A stretch of DNA of 64,000 nucleotides from a virus: IMG/VR virus record IMGVR_UViG_3300025128_000015, positions 32,001-96,000 of that record, one strand, 5' to 3'. Position numbers and translations under genes: made by a program. The first letter of the stretch is position 1; the number at the start of each line of letters is the position of its first letter. The notes beneath the pieces were generated by a model that saw only the letters and a program-made list of their open reading frames with translations, had not been told where the DNA came from and made no database searches. Below, piece after piece: positions 56,745-64,000 of the stretch.

Positions 56745-56752
56745 ACTATTTA
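56745..56752 (+). promoter_or_regulatory. Putative late promoter motif ACTATTTA
   Basis: Intergenic, upstream of GGAGG SD and ATG 56780. Confidence 0.5.
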
Positions 56753-56779
56753 AAAGTGGGCATAGGGAGGTTATTTTAG

Positions 56780-57103
56780 ATGGCTGGTGACAATGGTTGG
56801 AGTGAATATTCAAAGCTTGTTTTAAAAGAGCTTGAAACTCTATCTAGGGGCATTGCTGGATTAAATGAAGAGATTCAGGCACTTAAGAGTGATATAACAG
56901 AACTACGGTCCCGAGAAGATAAAGTTGAAGAGCTTCGCGCCTGGAAACAACGCTGTGATGAGATAGCGTCCCCTACTCAAATGAGAGCCTGGATCCGCGA
57001 AGTTGAAAGGTTAAAAACTTTCAAGACAAAATCAGTTACCATCTTCCTCGTTGTTCAAGGACTCATGACCGGAGCGTTAGCATTAAGTAACTTTTTCAAC
57101 TAG
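56780..57103 (+). CDS. Coiled-coil protein with a C-terminal TM segment (holin/hemolysin-like architecture)
   Basis: Heptad-rich middle; C-terminal VTIFLVVQGLMTGALAL. Confidence 0.5.
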   Translation: MAGDNGWSEYSKLVLKELETLSRGIAGLNEEIQALKSDITELRSREDKVEELRAWKQRCDEIASPTQMRAWIREVERLKTFKTKSVTIFLVVQGLMTGALALSNFFN

Positions 57104-57128
57104 ACAGTTGAACATTTGTTCTTATAAT
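57101..57128 (+). promoter_or_regulatory. Sigma70-like promoter TAGACA-N16-TATAAT (purA)
   Basis: Upstream of AAGGAG SD and ATG 57151. Confidence 0.65.
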
Positions 57129-57150
57129 TTTGGTAGACAAAGGAGTCATT

Positions 57151-58152
57151 ATGCTAGCCGATATTGTAGTCGGCGTGCAGGCCGGTGACGAAGCAAAAGG
57201 CAAGGTTACTCATCACTTGTGTAAGAGTGGTGATTATACGCATGTCTTAAGGTTCAATGGTGGCTGCAACGCTGGGCATACTATTTACCATGAAGGTAAA
57301 AAATTTGTAACACACCACATACCTGCTGGAGTATTCTATGGAATAAAATCAGTTATTGGTTCAGGTTGTGTTGTTAATGTAAACCAGTTCTTTAAAGAAT
57401 TGGAAGAACTCAAAGAGGGAGGAATAAACGTTGATGGAAAAATCTCTATTGCTGGAAACGCTCACGTCATTACTGACGAACATCTTGAACAAGATGGCAG
57501 AGATACTAGCATCGGTACAACAAAGCGCGGAAACGGCCCTGCTTATCGCGACAAGTATGATCGCAAAGGTAAGTTAGCTTCGCAGGTGCCAGAATTGCAG
57601 CATTATTTAGTTGATCTTTATGATGAGTTGCATAATAACGGCAGTGTAAAAGTATTATGCGAAGGCGCCCAAGGATTTGAACTAGACATTGATTGGGGTG
57701 ATTATCCATATGTAACTTCTAGTCATTGCACCTCTGCTTCAGCTTTATTAAATGGAGTTCCGTTTAATTGGGTTAGGGATGTGTGGGGAGTCGCAAAAAT
57801 ATATGAAACATATGTTGGAGCTAAAAAGTTTGAACCAGACGGATCAGAGTTTCCGCTTTTGCGAAAATATGGAGAAGAGTTTGGTGCTACAACTGGACGA
57901 CCAAGACAATGTAATTGGCTTAATTTAGATAGGCTCATTAAATCCGTAAAGGTAAACGGAGTCACCAGGTTGGTGATAAATAAAATGGATGTAATGAGAC
58001 AATTGGGAAGGTGGACACTAATTAGTGATGGGAAAGAGGTTAATTTTAAAACAGAAAACGACTTAAAAATGTTTTTACGACAAAAACTCTCCGGACCCGA
58101 TATTACTAATCCGGCTTTATTGTATTTTTCAGACAATAAGCACTCAATTTAG
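57151..58152 (+). CDS. purA: Adenylosuccinate synthetase, short form (ORF track start 57130)
   Basis: GVQAGDEAKGK, RFNGGCNAGHT, IGTTKRGNGPAY, EGAQG, YPYVTSS, GATTGRPRQC. Confidence 0.95.
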   Translation: MLADIVVGVQAGDEAKGKVTHHLCKSGDYTHVLRFNGGCNAGHTIYHEGKKFVTHHIPAGVFYGIKSVIGSGCVVNVNQFFKELEELKEGGINVDGKISIAGNAHVITDEHLEQDGRDTSIGTTKRGNGPAYRDKYDRKGKLASQVPELQHYLVDLYDELHNNGSVKVLCEGAQGFELDIDWGDYPYVTSSHCTSASALLNGVPFNWVRDVWGVAKIYETYVGAKKFEPDGSEFPLLRKYGEEFGATTGRPRQCNWLNLDRLIKSVKVNGVTRLVINKMDVMRQLGRWTLISDGKEVNFKTENDLKMFLRQKLSGPDITNPALLYFSDNKHSI

Positions 58153-58163
58153 GAAAACAAGAT

Positions 58164-58325
58164 ATGAAAGTGGTAATTCCTGACCCAACTGAGAGCGTTC
58201 TTAGAAAAGTTCTAAAGGAACTTTACCTCTTAAAAATAGGGCTAAAAAACGAAAACTATGAAAGTTGTGCAAAAAAGATTGATTCCATACGTGCAATGGT
58301 TCAGGAAATAATTAACACAAAGTAG
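58164..58325 (+). CDS. Small hypothetical protein (53 aa; not in the ORF track)
   Basis: MKVVIPDPTES...EIINTK read directly; AGGA SD. Confidence 0.45.
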   Translation: MKVVIPDPTESVLRKVLKELYLLKIGLKNENYESCAKKIDSIRAMVQEIINTK

Positions 58326-58353
58326 TTGACTGTTGTATAATGGTTCTTATATT
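58326..58353 (+). promoter_or_regulatory. Sigma70-like promoter TTGACT-N16-TATATT (tRNA cluster)
   Basis: 16 nt upstream of tRNA-Arg. Confidence 0.7.
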
Positions 58354-58369
58354 ACTTTTAAACCAAAAT

Positions 58370-58446
<77 letters not shown>

Positions 58447-58466
58447 TAAACTATAAGGAGAAAAAA

Positions 58467-58637
58467 ATGGCTGATGGAAGAGTTACAACTAAACAGTTGC
58501 AGGAACAATTAAATACAGTGTCGAGCCGTCTTAGTAAGATGGTTGACGATATGTATGTTCTAAAAGAGGAGTTAGGTCGCTTTAAAGCTGCCGTGGCTCA
58601 GGATCTTACTAAAGTTATTAAGAAGATTAATGACTAA
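58467..58637 (+). CDS. Small coiled-coil protein between tRNAs (56 aa; not in the ORF track)
   Basis: AAGGAG SD; MADGRVTTKQLQEQL...KIND. Confidence 0.6.
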   Translation: MADGRVTTKQLQEQLNTVSSRLSKMVDDMYVLKEELGRFKAAVAQDLTKVIKKIND

Positions 58638-58642
58638 AGATC

Positions 58643-58718
58643 GGGCTCATAGCTCAGTGGTTAGAGCTGCCGGCTCATAACCGGTAGGTCCCTGGTTCAA
58701 ATCCAGGTGAGCCCACCA
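58643..58718 (+). tRNA. tRNA with CAU anticodon, Ile2-like (otherwise elongator Met), CCA encoded
   Basis: GGGCTCA stem with 1-72 paired, GCCGG-CT-CAT-AA-CCGGT, GGTTCAAATCC, ends ACCA. Confidence 0.9.
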
Positions 58719-58723
58719 AAACC

Positions 58724-58796
58724 GCTAATGTAGCTCAATTGGTAGAGCAGCTGATTTGTAATCAGCAGGCTGTAGGTTCAAGTCCTATCATTAGCT
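58724..58796 (+). tRNA. tRNA-Thr(UGU), no encoded CCA
   Basis: GCTAATG stem, GCTGA-TT-TGT-AA-TCAGC, GGTTCAAGTCC. Confidence 0.92.
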
Positions 58797-58820
58797 TACA
58801 CACATATAAAAAGGATAAAG

Positions 58821-59456
58821 ATGATTTCAACTAATTGGATATCTGAAGTAGATTCAGATGAGCAGCCGCAAGCACTAGCAATGGCGGCCGAGGAAGCAGG
58901 GAGTGCATCCGATAAAGACCAAGTTTTGCAGGTTAATAACAGGATATATTTTTATTCTGAAGTAAAAAGAGCTAAAATTCTTACTTTAAACAAGACTTTA
59001 AAGAACTTGGAAATTAATTTGGCCAATCGTGCCGGCACTTTACAGACGACACACATCGGAGATATATATCTTTACATTAATTCTTATGGGGGTAGTGTGT
59101 TTGCAGGGCTCTCTGCTGTTGATTATATTAAAAACTCAGAAGTTCCCGTAACAACAATTATCGATGGCTGCGCTGCTTCAGCAGCCACGATGATGAGTGT
59201 CGTTGGATCACACAGATTGATGAACGAGTATGCCTTTATGCTTATTCATCAGTTATCTGCTGGTAGTTGGGGAAAATATGAAGAATTGAAAGACAACATG
59301 TCAAATAACGACTTGTTGATGAAAACTATCAAAGACATCTACACCAAGCATACGAAGATACCTGCTAAAGAATTATCGAAAATACTGAAGCATGATTTGT
59401 GGTGGGATGCCAAGACGTGTTTGAAGTACGGGTTGGTCGATGAGATCATAACCTAG
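58821..59456 (+). CDS. clpP: ClpP-family protease subunit (copy 2)
   Basis: YLYINSYGGSVFAG, DGCAASAAT (Ser), MLIHQLS (His), DAKTCLKYGLVDEI. Confidence 0.9.
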   Translation: MISTNWISEVDSDEQPQALAMAAEEAGSASDKDQVLQVNNRIYFYSEVKRAKILTLNKTLKNLEINLANRAGTLQTTHIGDIYLYINSYGGSVFAGLSAVDYIKNSEVPVTTIIDGCAASAATMMSVVGSHRLMNEYAFMLIHQLSAGSWGKYEELKDNMSNNDLLMKTIKDIYTKHTKIPAKELSKILKHDLWWDAKTCLKYGLVDEIIT

Positions 59457-59540
59457 CCGAAGTGGTGGAATTGGTATACACAACAGACTTAAAATCTGTC
59501 GCTCTTTGTGGGCTTGCGGGTTCGAGTCCCGCCTTCGGTA
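59456..59540 (+). tRNA. tRNA-Leu(UAA), long variable arm, no encoded CCA
   Basis: GCCGAAG stem, TGGTGGAATTGG, ACAGA-CT-TAA-AA-TCTGT, GGTTCGAGTCC; G1 is the last base of the clpP TAG. Confidence 0.93.
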
Positions 59541-59547
59541 TTTTCTC

Positions 59548-59575
59548 TTGACCTTTGGTCATCGGTGCTTACTTT
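59548..59575 (+). promoter_or_regulatory. Sigma70-like promoter TTGACC-N16-TACTTT
   Basis: Just after tRNA-Leu, upstream of ATG 59611. Confidence 0.5.
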
Positions 59576-59610
59576 ATTAATAAGAAAAGAAACTACCAAA
59601 AAGAGGCTAC

Positions 59611-59751
59611 ATGTTAGATCACTTATTTAATTTAGTTTTAGCTTCTTCACAAAGTGAAGAGCTTTATAGGTTGGGCTGTTATGCCAGTGATACTTTTGCT
59701 GGGTATACAACAAATGGAAAATTTATTTTTTACGCAATGTGTGTTGCATAG
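59611..59751 (+). CDS. Small hypothetical protein (46 aa; not in the ORF track)
   Basis: GAGG SD; MLDHLFNLVLASS...MCVA. Confidence 0.45.
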   Translation: MLDHLFNLVLASSQSEELYRLGCYASDTFAGYTTNGKFIFYAMCVA

Positions 59752-59759
59752 GAGAATAC

Positions 59760-60008
59760 ATGAAGCTTTATTTATTAGTACAATATCAAAATCAGAGCGA
59801 TGACTCTTATGATTCCTGTGTGGTTGTGGCTAGAGACGAAGAAGCCGCCCGAAACGTACATCCAATGGGCGACTGGGACAGAGTAGACGTTTGGACTTAT
59901 GGACCTGAAGATATCGAGGTATCATATCTTGGCGAGGCCAGAGAAGACATAGAGAAGGTTGGCTTTTCCTTGAATGTAAATAATGTGATATGTTCTAGCT
60001 TTAATTAG
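59760..60008 (+). CDS. Hypothetical protein (ORF track start 59739)
   Basis: AGGAG SD; YDSCVVVARDEEAARNVHP. Confidence 0.6.
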   Translation: MKLYLLVQYQNQSDDSYDSCVVVARDEEAARNVHPMGDWDRVDVWTYGPEDIEVSYLGEAREDIEKVGFSLNVNNVICSSFN

Positions 60009-60023
60009 ATGAACAGAGAGTGA

Positions 60024-60096
60024 TGCGCGGTAGCTCAGTTGGTAGAGCCGGCGGCTGTTAACCGCCTGGTCGCAGGTTCGAGCCCTGCCCGCGCAG
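60024..60096 (+). tRNA. tRNA-Asn(GUU), no encoded CCA
   Basis: TGCGCGG stem, GGCGG-CT-GTT-AA-CCGCC, GGTTCGAGCCC. Confidence 0.93.
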
Positions 60097-60104
60097 TTTT
60101 TCCC

Positions 60105-60133
60105 TTGACCAAAAGCAAAGGAGTTGCTATATT
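60105..60133 (+). promoter_or_regulatory. Sigma70-like promoter TTGACC-N17-TATATT (uvsE)
   Basis: Directly upstream of ATG 60134/60140. Confidence 0.6.
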
Positions 60134-60139
60134 ATGGAT

Positions 60140-61102
60140 ATGAAAAATTTAGGCTACGCATGTATTAACATGCAATTATCTTATCCCACCAAGTGGGGCA
60201 ATCAACCACGCGGCACCAAACCAATTACTACTAATCGCTCTATGATCAAGCGCACCTTCCAAGAGCGCGGTCTATCCTATGCATCAGAACTTGCGTTGCA
60301 AAATTGCCGTGACTTGATCAAAGTCCTCAAGTGGAATCATGCCAATGATATCCACTTCTTTCGAGTATCATCAGACTTGTTCCCCTGGGCTTCCGAGTAT
60401 AAACTCAACGCACTACCTGACTATGAAGACATATGTGAGGCTTTGCAAGAGGCCGGCAATTTCGCTTACGACAACGACCATCGTATTACAACACATCCAG
60501 GTCCGTTTAATGTACTTGGCTCGCCTAAACAGCACGTTGTAGATAACACTATCAAGGAACTCAATACTCATGCAGAAGTCTTCGACCTGATGGGATTGCC
60601 TACGACCCCATATGCCAAGATTAACATTCATGTTGGTGGTACTTACGGTGGTGATTTTGCCGGCACCGCCAAGCGTTGGTGCACCAATTTTCACAGGCTA
60701 TCTGAAACCGCTCAAGCTCGGATTACTGTAGAGAACGATGACAAAGCCTCCATGTGGTCTACGCAATACTTATACGATTATATTCACAAGGAAATTCTTA
60801 TTCCTATCGTGCATGACGTGCATCATCATAAATTTTGCACTGGTGGTCTGACTGATAAGGAAGCTATGTCACTAGCAGCGTCGACGTGGTTTGGCGTCAG
60901 ACCTGTTATTCACTATTCACAGGATCGCAGGATAGAATACAACGATCCAAAAATTCGTGCACAAGCTCACTCCGATTCATATTGGATCCCTGTTGATACA
61001 CATGACTTAGACGTCGATGTTATGCTGGAGTGCAAACACAAAGAGATCGGACTTTACAAGATGAGAGAACTGTTGCAACAACAACAACTGAGAGCGGCAT
61101 GA
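60140..61102 (+). CDS. uvsE: UV damage endonuclease UvsE/UVDE (ORF track start 60134)
   Basis: LGYACIN, FFRVSSDLFP, RITTHPG, INIHVGG, RITVENDD, PIVHDVHHH, HYS, AHSD, VMLECKHKE. Confidence 0.93.
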   Translation: MKNLGYACINMQLSYPTKWGNQPRGTKPITTNRSMIKRTFQERGLSYASELALQNCRDLIKVLKWNHANDIHFFRVSSDLFPWASEYKLNALPDYEDICEALQEAGNFAYDNDHRITTHPGPFNVLGSPKQHVVDNTIKELNTHAEVFDLMGLPTTPYAKINIHVGGTYGGDFAGTAKRWCTNFHRLSETAQARITVENDDKASMWSTQYLYDYIHKEILIPIVHDVHHHKFCTGGLTDKEAMSLAASTWFGVRPVIHYSQDRRIEYNDPKIRAQAHSDSYWIPVDTHDLDVDVMLECKHKEIGLYKMRELLQQQQLRAA

Positions 61103-61103
61103 T

Positions 61104-61277
61104 TTGAAACCGGGCGATCTTGTAGTGATACTATATGAAGCACGTAAATATTATCTTGCCATCGAGCCCATAGATTTGCTAGGCTATCCTGAGCAAAGAT
61201 GGGCGCTATTAGGACCAAAGGGAAACATAAGATATGTTGTTAGAGCAGAGATAAGGGTTGTAAATGAAAGCGGGTGA
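61104..61277 (+). CDS. GDLV-family small protein (57 aa, TTG start; not in the ORF track)
   Basis: MKPGDLVVIL...IRVVNESG. Confidence 0.65.
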   Translation: MKPGDLVVILYEARKYYLAIEPIDLLGYPEQRWALLGPKGNIRYVVRAEIRVVNESG

Positions 61278-61479
61278 CCTTGTGAGAATCTATGACCCAG
61301 ACGAATCTCAACTGGATGGGCGCTCATACTCGGCCATCGGTTTACTGGTATCCATTGGATATAAAAGCTCGAACCCTGAGTCTTATCGAATATTTAATAT
61401 CTACTTGGATGGAAGTATTTCTTGGTTTGATGAGCCATATTGGGCTGCTGAAACTGTAAGCCCGGCCTTGACTGACTAG
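61264..61479 (+). CDS. GDLV-family small protein
   Basis: MKAGDLVRIYD...AIGLLV. Confidence 0.7.
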   Translation: MKAGDLVRIYDPDESQLDGRSYSAIGLLVSIGYKSSNPESYRIFNIYLDGSISWFDEPYWAAETVSPALTD

Positions 61480-61495
61480 GTTTGGTTATTATATT
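61468..61495 (+). promoter_or_regulatory. Sigma70-like promoter TTGACT-N16-TATATT
   Basis: Upstream of AGGAGG SD and ATG 61514. Confidence 0.65.
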
Positions 61496-61513
61496 ATTTT
61501 TGTAGGAGGAAAC

Positions 61514-61606
61514 ATGTATAAAAAAAGAAAAGAAGCTGACAATCTTTTTATGACCTTGGTCGTTGCAGGCATTCTTGCTGTACTTAGCTACAACGCCGTA
61601 GTATGA
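61514..61606 (+). CDS. 30-aa single-TM peptide (not in the ORF track)
   Basis: AGGAGG SD; MYKKRKEADNLFMTLVVAGILAVLSYNAVV. Confidence 0.55.
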   Translation: MYKKRKEADNLFMTLVVAGILAVLSYNAVV

Positions 61607-61794
61607 AGCTCGGTGATTTGGTTAAGTGGCGCGACCCTGTGCCAAATCACCCTACTTGCCCTTCATTGTTCGGCTTGGTAGTAAGGCATCTAAAGCCCGG
61701 CTGGGTGAGTATCCATTGGTTTGCTGATGATGTGCCTGGTAACCCTACCCGCGAGCCTGTAATGCACTTAGAGATTATCAGTGAACATCGGTGA
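61603..61794 (+). CDS. GDLV-family small protein
   Basis: MKLGDLVKWRD...FGLVV...LEIISE. Confidence 0.7.
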   Translation: MKLGDLVKWRDPVPNHPTCPSLFGLVVRHLKPGWVSIHWFADDVPGNPTREPVMHLEIISEHR

Positions 61795-61963
61795 CGTTGT
61801 AATAGTAAAGCCGTTTTACGAAACCTTAGAGATTGTCGAAGGTTACGGCATCGTCTTAGACATATACGAAGATGATGATGGCTTTAGATGGTATAAGGTC
61901 AGGTTTGACCTTATTTTTGAATGGTTTGAAGACTACAAATTGGAGTTGATAAGTGAATCCTAA
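61781..61963 (+). CDS. GDLV-family small protein (GTG start)
   Basis: MNIGDVVIVK...YGIVL...LELISES. Confidence 0.7.
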   Translation: MNIGDVVIVKPFYETLEIVEGYGIVLDIYEDDDGFRWYKVRFDLIFEWFEDYKLELISES

Positions 61964-62153
61964 ATGTATAGAATGTGATGAAGAATTTAATCCTAGACGA
62001 TATGAATTAGGTTATTATACTTGTATTGAGTGTGGAGAAGAAACTGCACAGAGAGAAATGTTGCGAAAATCAAAATGCATCGCACCTGCTTATAATAAAG
62101 GTGCATATATGTATGTGACAAGCTCACAAATGGCAAAAGATTTAGGAAGATGA
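61953..62153 (+). CDS. C4 zinc-finger protein (DksA/TraR-like finger; GTG start)
   Basis: CIECDEEFNPRRYELGYYTCIECGE. Confidence 0.6.
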   Translation: MNPKCIECDEEFNPRRYELGYYTCIECGEETAQREMLRKSKCIAPAYNKGAYMYVTSSQMAKDLGR

Positions 62154-62335
62154 AAGTTGGTGACCTAGTATCGTGTATCTTTGATCCTGATGACGTTGGT
62201 ATCATTACGGATTGTTATGAATCTTTGTGTCTTGATGGCACTTATGAAGCGGTGGCCACTGTGCATTGGGTTCTTTTTAGGACGACAACACAGGAGCGTC
62301 TAGGTGACGGTTTGAAATTATTAAACAGTGTATAA
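62150..62335 (+). CDS. GDLV-family small protein
   Basis: MKVGDLVSCIF...VGIIT...LKLLNSV. Confidence 0.7.
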   Translation: MKVGDLVSCIFDPDDVGIITDCYESLCLDGTYEAVATVHWVLFRTTTQERLGDGLKLLNSV

Positions 62336-62350
62336 AAAGGAAAAAACATT

Positions 62351-62560
62351 ATGAAAATTATATTAATAGCTTTGTTCGCATGTCTATCTTTAGGTTGTGC
62401 AACATCAAGTGGTAAAAACTTCAGCAAAAAAGAAGTTCTCAACGACTTCGACCGAGCCTGGGATAGCTATTGGTCCAATAACCGTGAACGTTCTTGGTCC
62501 AAGTCATCACTGAAAAGAGATATCAAAAGGGTTAAGTTAAAATCTCCGCTTGAAAAATGA
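62351..62560 (+). CDS. Small putative lipoprotein
   Basis: MKIILIALFACLSLGC lipobox. Confidence 0.6.
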   Translation: MKIILIALFACLSLGCATSSGKNFSKKEVLNDFDRAWDSYWSNNRERSWSKSSLKRDIKRVKLKSPLEK

Positions 62561-62754
62561 AAGTAGGTGACTTAGTAGAGTTTATGGATATGTCTTCCCA
62601 ACGCGACTCAAATGGCCGTAGAATCTTATTCCGTTCAGGTGTATACGGAATAGTCATTGGGAGGGACATTACCCGATCTTGGACTACTAGGTGGTTTGAT
62701 GGAGAAACAAGTTCGGACCCTGATTGGAGGCTAAGAGTGATTAGCGAGGTGTAG
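62557..62754 (+). CDS. GDLV-family small protein
   Basis: MKVGDLVEFMD...YGIVI...LRVISEV. Confidence 0.7.
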   Translation: MKVGDLVEFMDMSSQRDSNGRRILFRSGVYGIVIGRDITRSWTTRWFDGETSSDPDWRLRVISEV

Positions 62755-62906
62755 AATGGTAGATGGTTTAATAAGATTTTTGTTAGGATATATGGAGGAT
62801 GTAATCGTAAAAGCACGAGAAGAAAATCCTCACGTCTCCGTCATCATACAAAAGCATCTCGACGCGCTCAGAGAAGATTTGAATGAACATGATAAATTTT
62901 ATCCCA

Positions 62907-62934
62907 TTGACGATAAATAAGTTGTTCCTATAGT
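62907..62934 (+). promoter_or_regulatory. Sigma70-like promoter TTGACG-N16-TATAGT
   Basis: Upstream of GGAGG SD and ORF 62952. Confidence 0.6.
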
Positions 62935-62951
62935 TAAGTTGTAATCAGTGG

Positions 62952-63749
62952 ATGGAGGACACTATGTCTTGGAATGGAACTGTTAGATGCAGTTGGTGTG
63001 GACAGTCTGGTCATAATGCAGCAGGCTGCAAAGAAAAGCTTGAAAAAATGACAGGCTGGCTTGACAGCACCGATTTCGCAGAGCGCTCGCGAGCCACCAG
63101 ATACTTTGCGAAGAGAGGTCGAAAGGCTGAACGCGCTAAGAATCGTAGTTGTTCTTATTGCAGCGAGGTAGGACACACAAAGCGTACTTGCAAGGTGAGG
63201 AAGTCAGACATCTCTGTTTACGCGGAGATAATTTATGACGGACGGAAAAAGCTATACAAGTCTTTCCAAGAGAAAGGCTTCGGACCTGGTGCCCTTGTAT
63301 CCTACGAGGACAAAAGATGGTCCAGCGATACAGCCGAATACGTTACAGAAACGTATCTCGGCGTCGTCACGAGTGTCGAGCATGACGAATTGTCGCATAG
63401 AATTAATCACACACGATGGACCTGTAGCGACAGTAAATACGTTAAAGTGTCATGGATCAACCACCCTGCTGGTGGTATGAAATCGTGGCCCGCTTCTTTG
63501 CCTCTGCGCGCTATCGACGTTAAGAATCAATACTCGGATAGTTATAAGATAGAAGAAGTTGATTGGTCCCTGACTGACAGTGCAAGAATGAGGATTATTA
63601 CACCATTAGAAGACCCCGCACTAGCGTACCCTTCAATGTCTTCCTGTGAAAAGCTGGCATCGAAAATGTTAGATGAATCAGGAAAAGAGCGATGGAGAAT
63701 GCCATACGATTTGGAGGAGGAACTAGGCAAGAGGGGAGTGAAGGTGTGA
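62952..63749 (+). CDS. Protein with two CCHC zinc knuckles and an SH3-like segment
   Basis: CSWCGQSGHNAAGC and CSYCSEVGHTKRTC are both C-x2-C-x4-H-x4-C; GPGALVSY...YLGVVTSV. Confidence 0.75.
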   Translation: MEDTMSWNGTVRCSWCGQSGHNAAGCKEKLEKMTGWLDSTDFAERSRATRYFAKRGRKAERAKNRSCSYCSEVGHTKRTCKVRKSDISVYAEIIYDGRKKLYKSFQEKGFGPGALVSYEDKRWSSDTAEYVTETYLGVVTSVEHDELSHRINHTRWTCSDSKYVKVSWINHPAGGMKSWPASLPLRAIDVKNQYSDSYKIEEVDWSLTDSARMRIITPLEDPALAYPSMSSCEKLASKMLDESGKERWRMPYDLEEELGKRGVKV

Positions 63750-63850
63750 AAAAGTTTATCGAAGAATTAAGAGATATCTTTTCACATGTTCTACGTGTGT
63801 GTATTTTTGCCTTGTTTCTCATTTTTTGCTATCCCATGTTCTGATTTTCC

Positions 63851-63878
63851 TTGTCTAGTGTTTTGCCGTGCTTATAGT
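63851..63878 (+). promoter_or_regulatory. Sigma70-like promoter TTGTCT-N16-TATAGT
   Basis: Upstream of GGAG SD and ATG 63909. Confidence 0.55.
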
Positions 63879-63908
63879 TAAGATGTAACTGATTAATGGA
63901 GTCGAAAT

Positions 63909-64000
63909 ATGACTGACAAGATCAAGAATCGGATTGAAAAGCTCTCGAAAGAGGAAATGTTATCTAACTGGGAGCATGGCTTTCTTGAATCTCTCCTTAA
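63909..64000 (+). CDS. Hypothetical protein, 3'-truncated by the window edge
   Basis: MTDKIKNRIEKLSKEEMLSNWEHGFLESLL... Confidence 0.5.
   Translation, partial: MTDKIKNRIEKLSKEEMLSNWEHGFLESLL

Noticed and set aside
40400-58152. Reading cysK, dnaE, groEL, def, purA and the tRNAs as a bacterial chromosome segment or prophage flank
   Set aside because: They are interleaved with phage-type genes, share the same promoter classes and single-strand orientation, and are not in bacterial operon context; no integrase or att site was seen
58643-58718. CAU tRNA as initiator tRNA-fMet
   Set aside because: Positions 1-72 are paired (G-C) and the anticodon stem lacks the three consecutive G-C pairs of initiators

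Overview
This 64 kb window looks like part of a large, AT-rich, T4-like contractile-tailed (myovirus-type) phage genome. Every gene I can support is on the + strand, and I see no integrase, rRNA, CRISPR array, intron or intein. 1-24.8 kb is the virion module: prohead protease (partial), ribosomal protein bS21, scaffold, gp23-like major capsid, neck, sheath, tube, tail chaperone, tape measure and baseplate. 24.8-36.3 kb is replication and recombination: minimal family-A polymerase, tubulin/FtsZ-like protein, gp32-like SSB, Dam, FKBP, RecA, 5'-3' exonuclease, DnaB-like helicase, NrdJ and GroES. 36.3-58.3 kb mixes metabolism, proteostasis and cell-wall genes: SLT-SGNH fusion, CysK, DnaE, dUTPase, IMPDH/GMPR, ClpP, amidase, GroEL, PAP2, Def and PurA. 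58.3-64 kb holds 5 tRNAs, a second ClpP, UvsE and an array of small GDLV-motif paralogs. The best leads are: (1) a candidate +1 programmed frameshift on a T7 run in the tail chaperone gene; (2) a lytic transglycosylase fused to an SGNH esterase-like domain; (3) a two-class promoter system, with sigma70-like promoters that mostly have a 16-bp spacer plus an ACTAHTTA late motif, and a stand-alone sigma-region-4 protein and RHH protein as candidate regulators; (4) dispersed late cassettes that may encode head-packaged proteins; (5) a chained array of GDLV mini-genes. All family calls come from motif recognition by eye; no database search was run.
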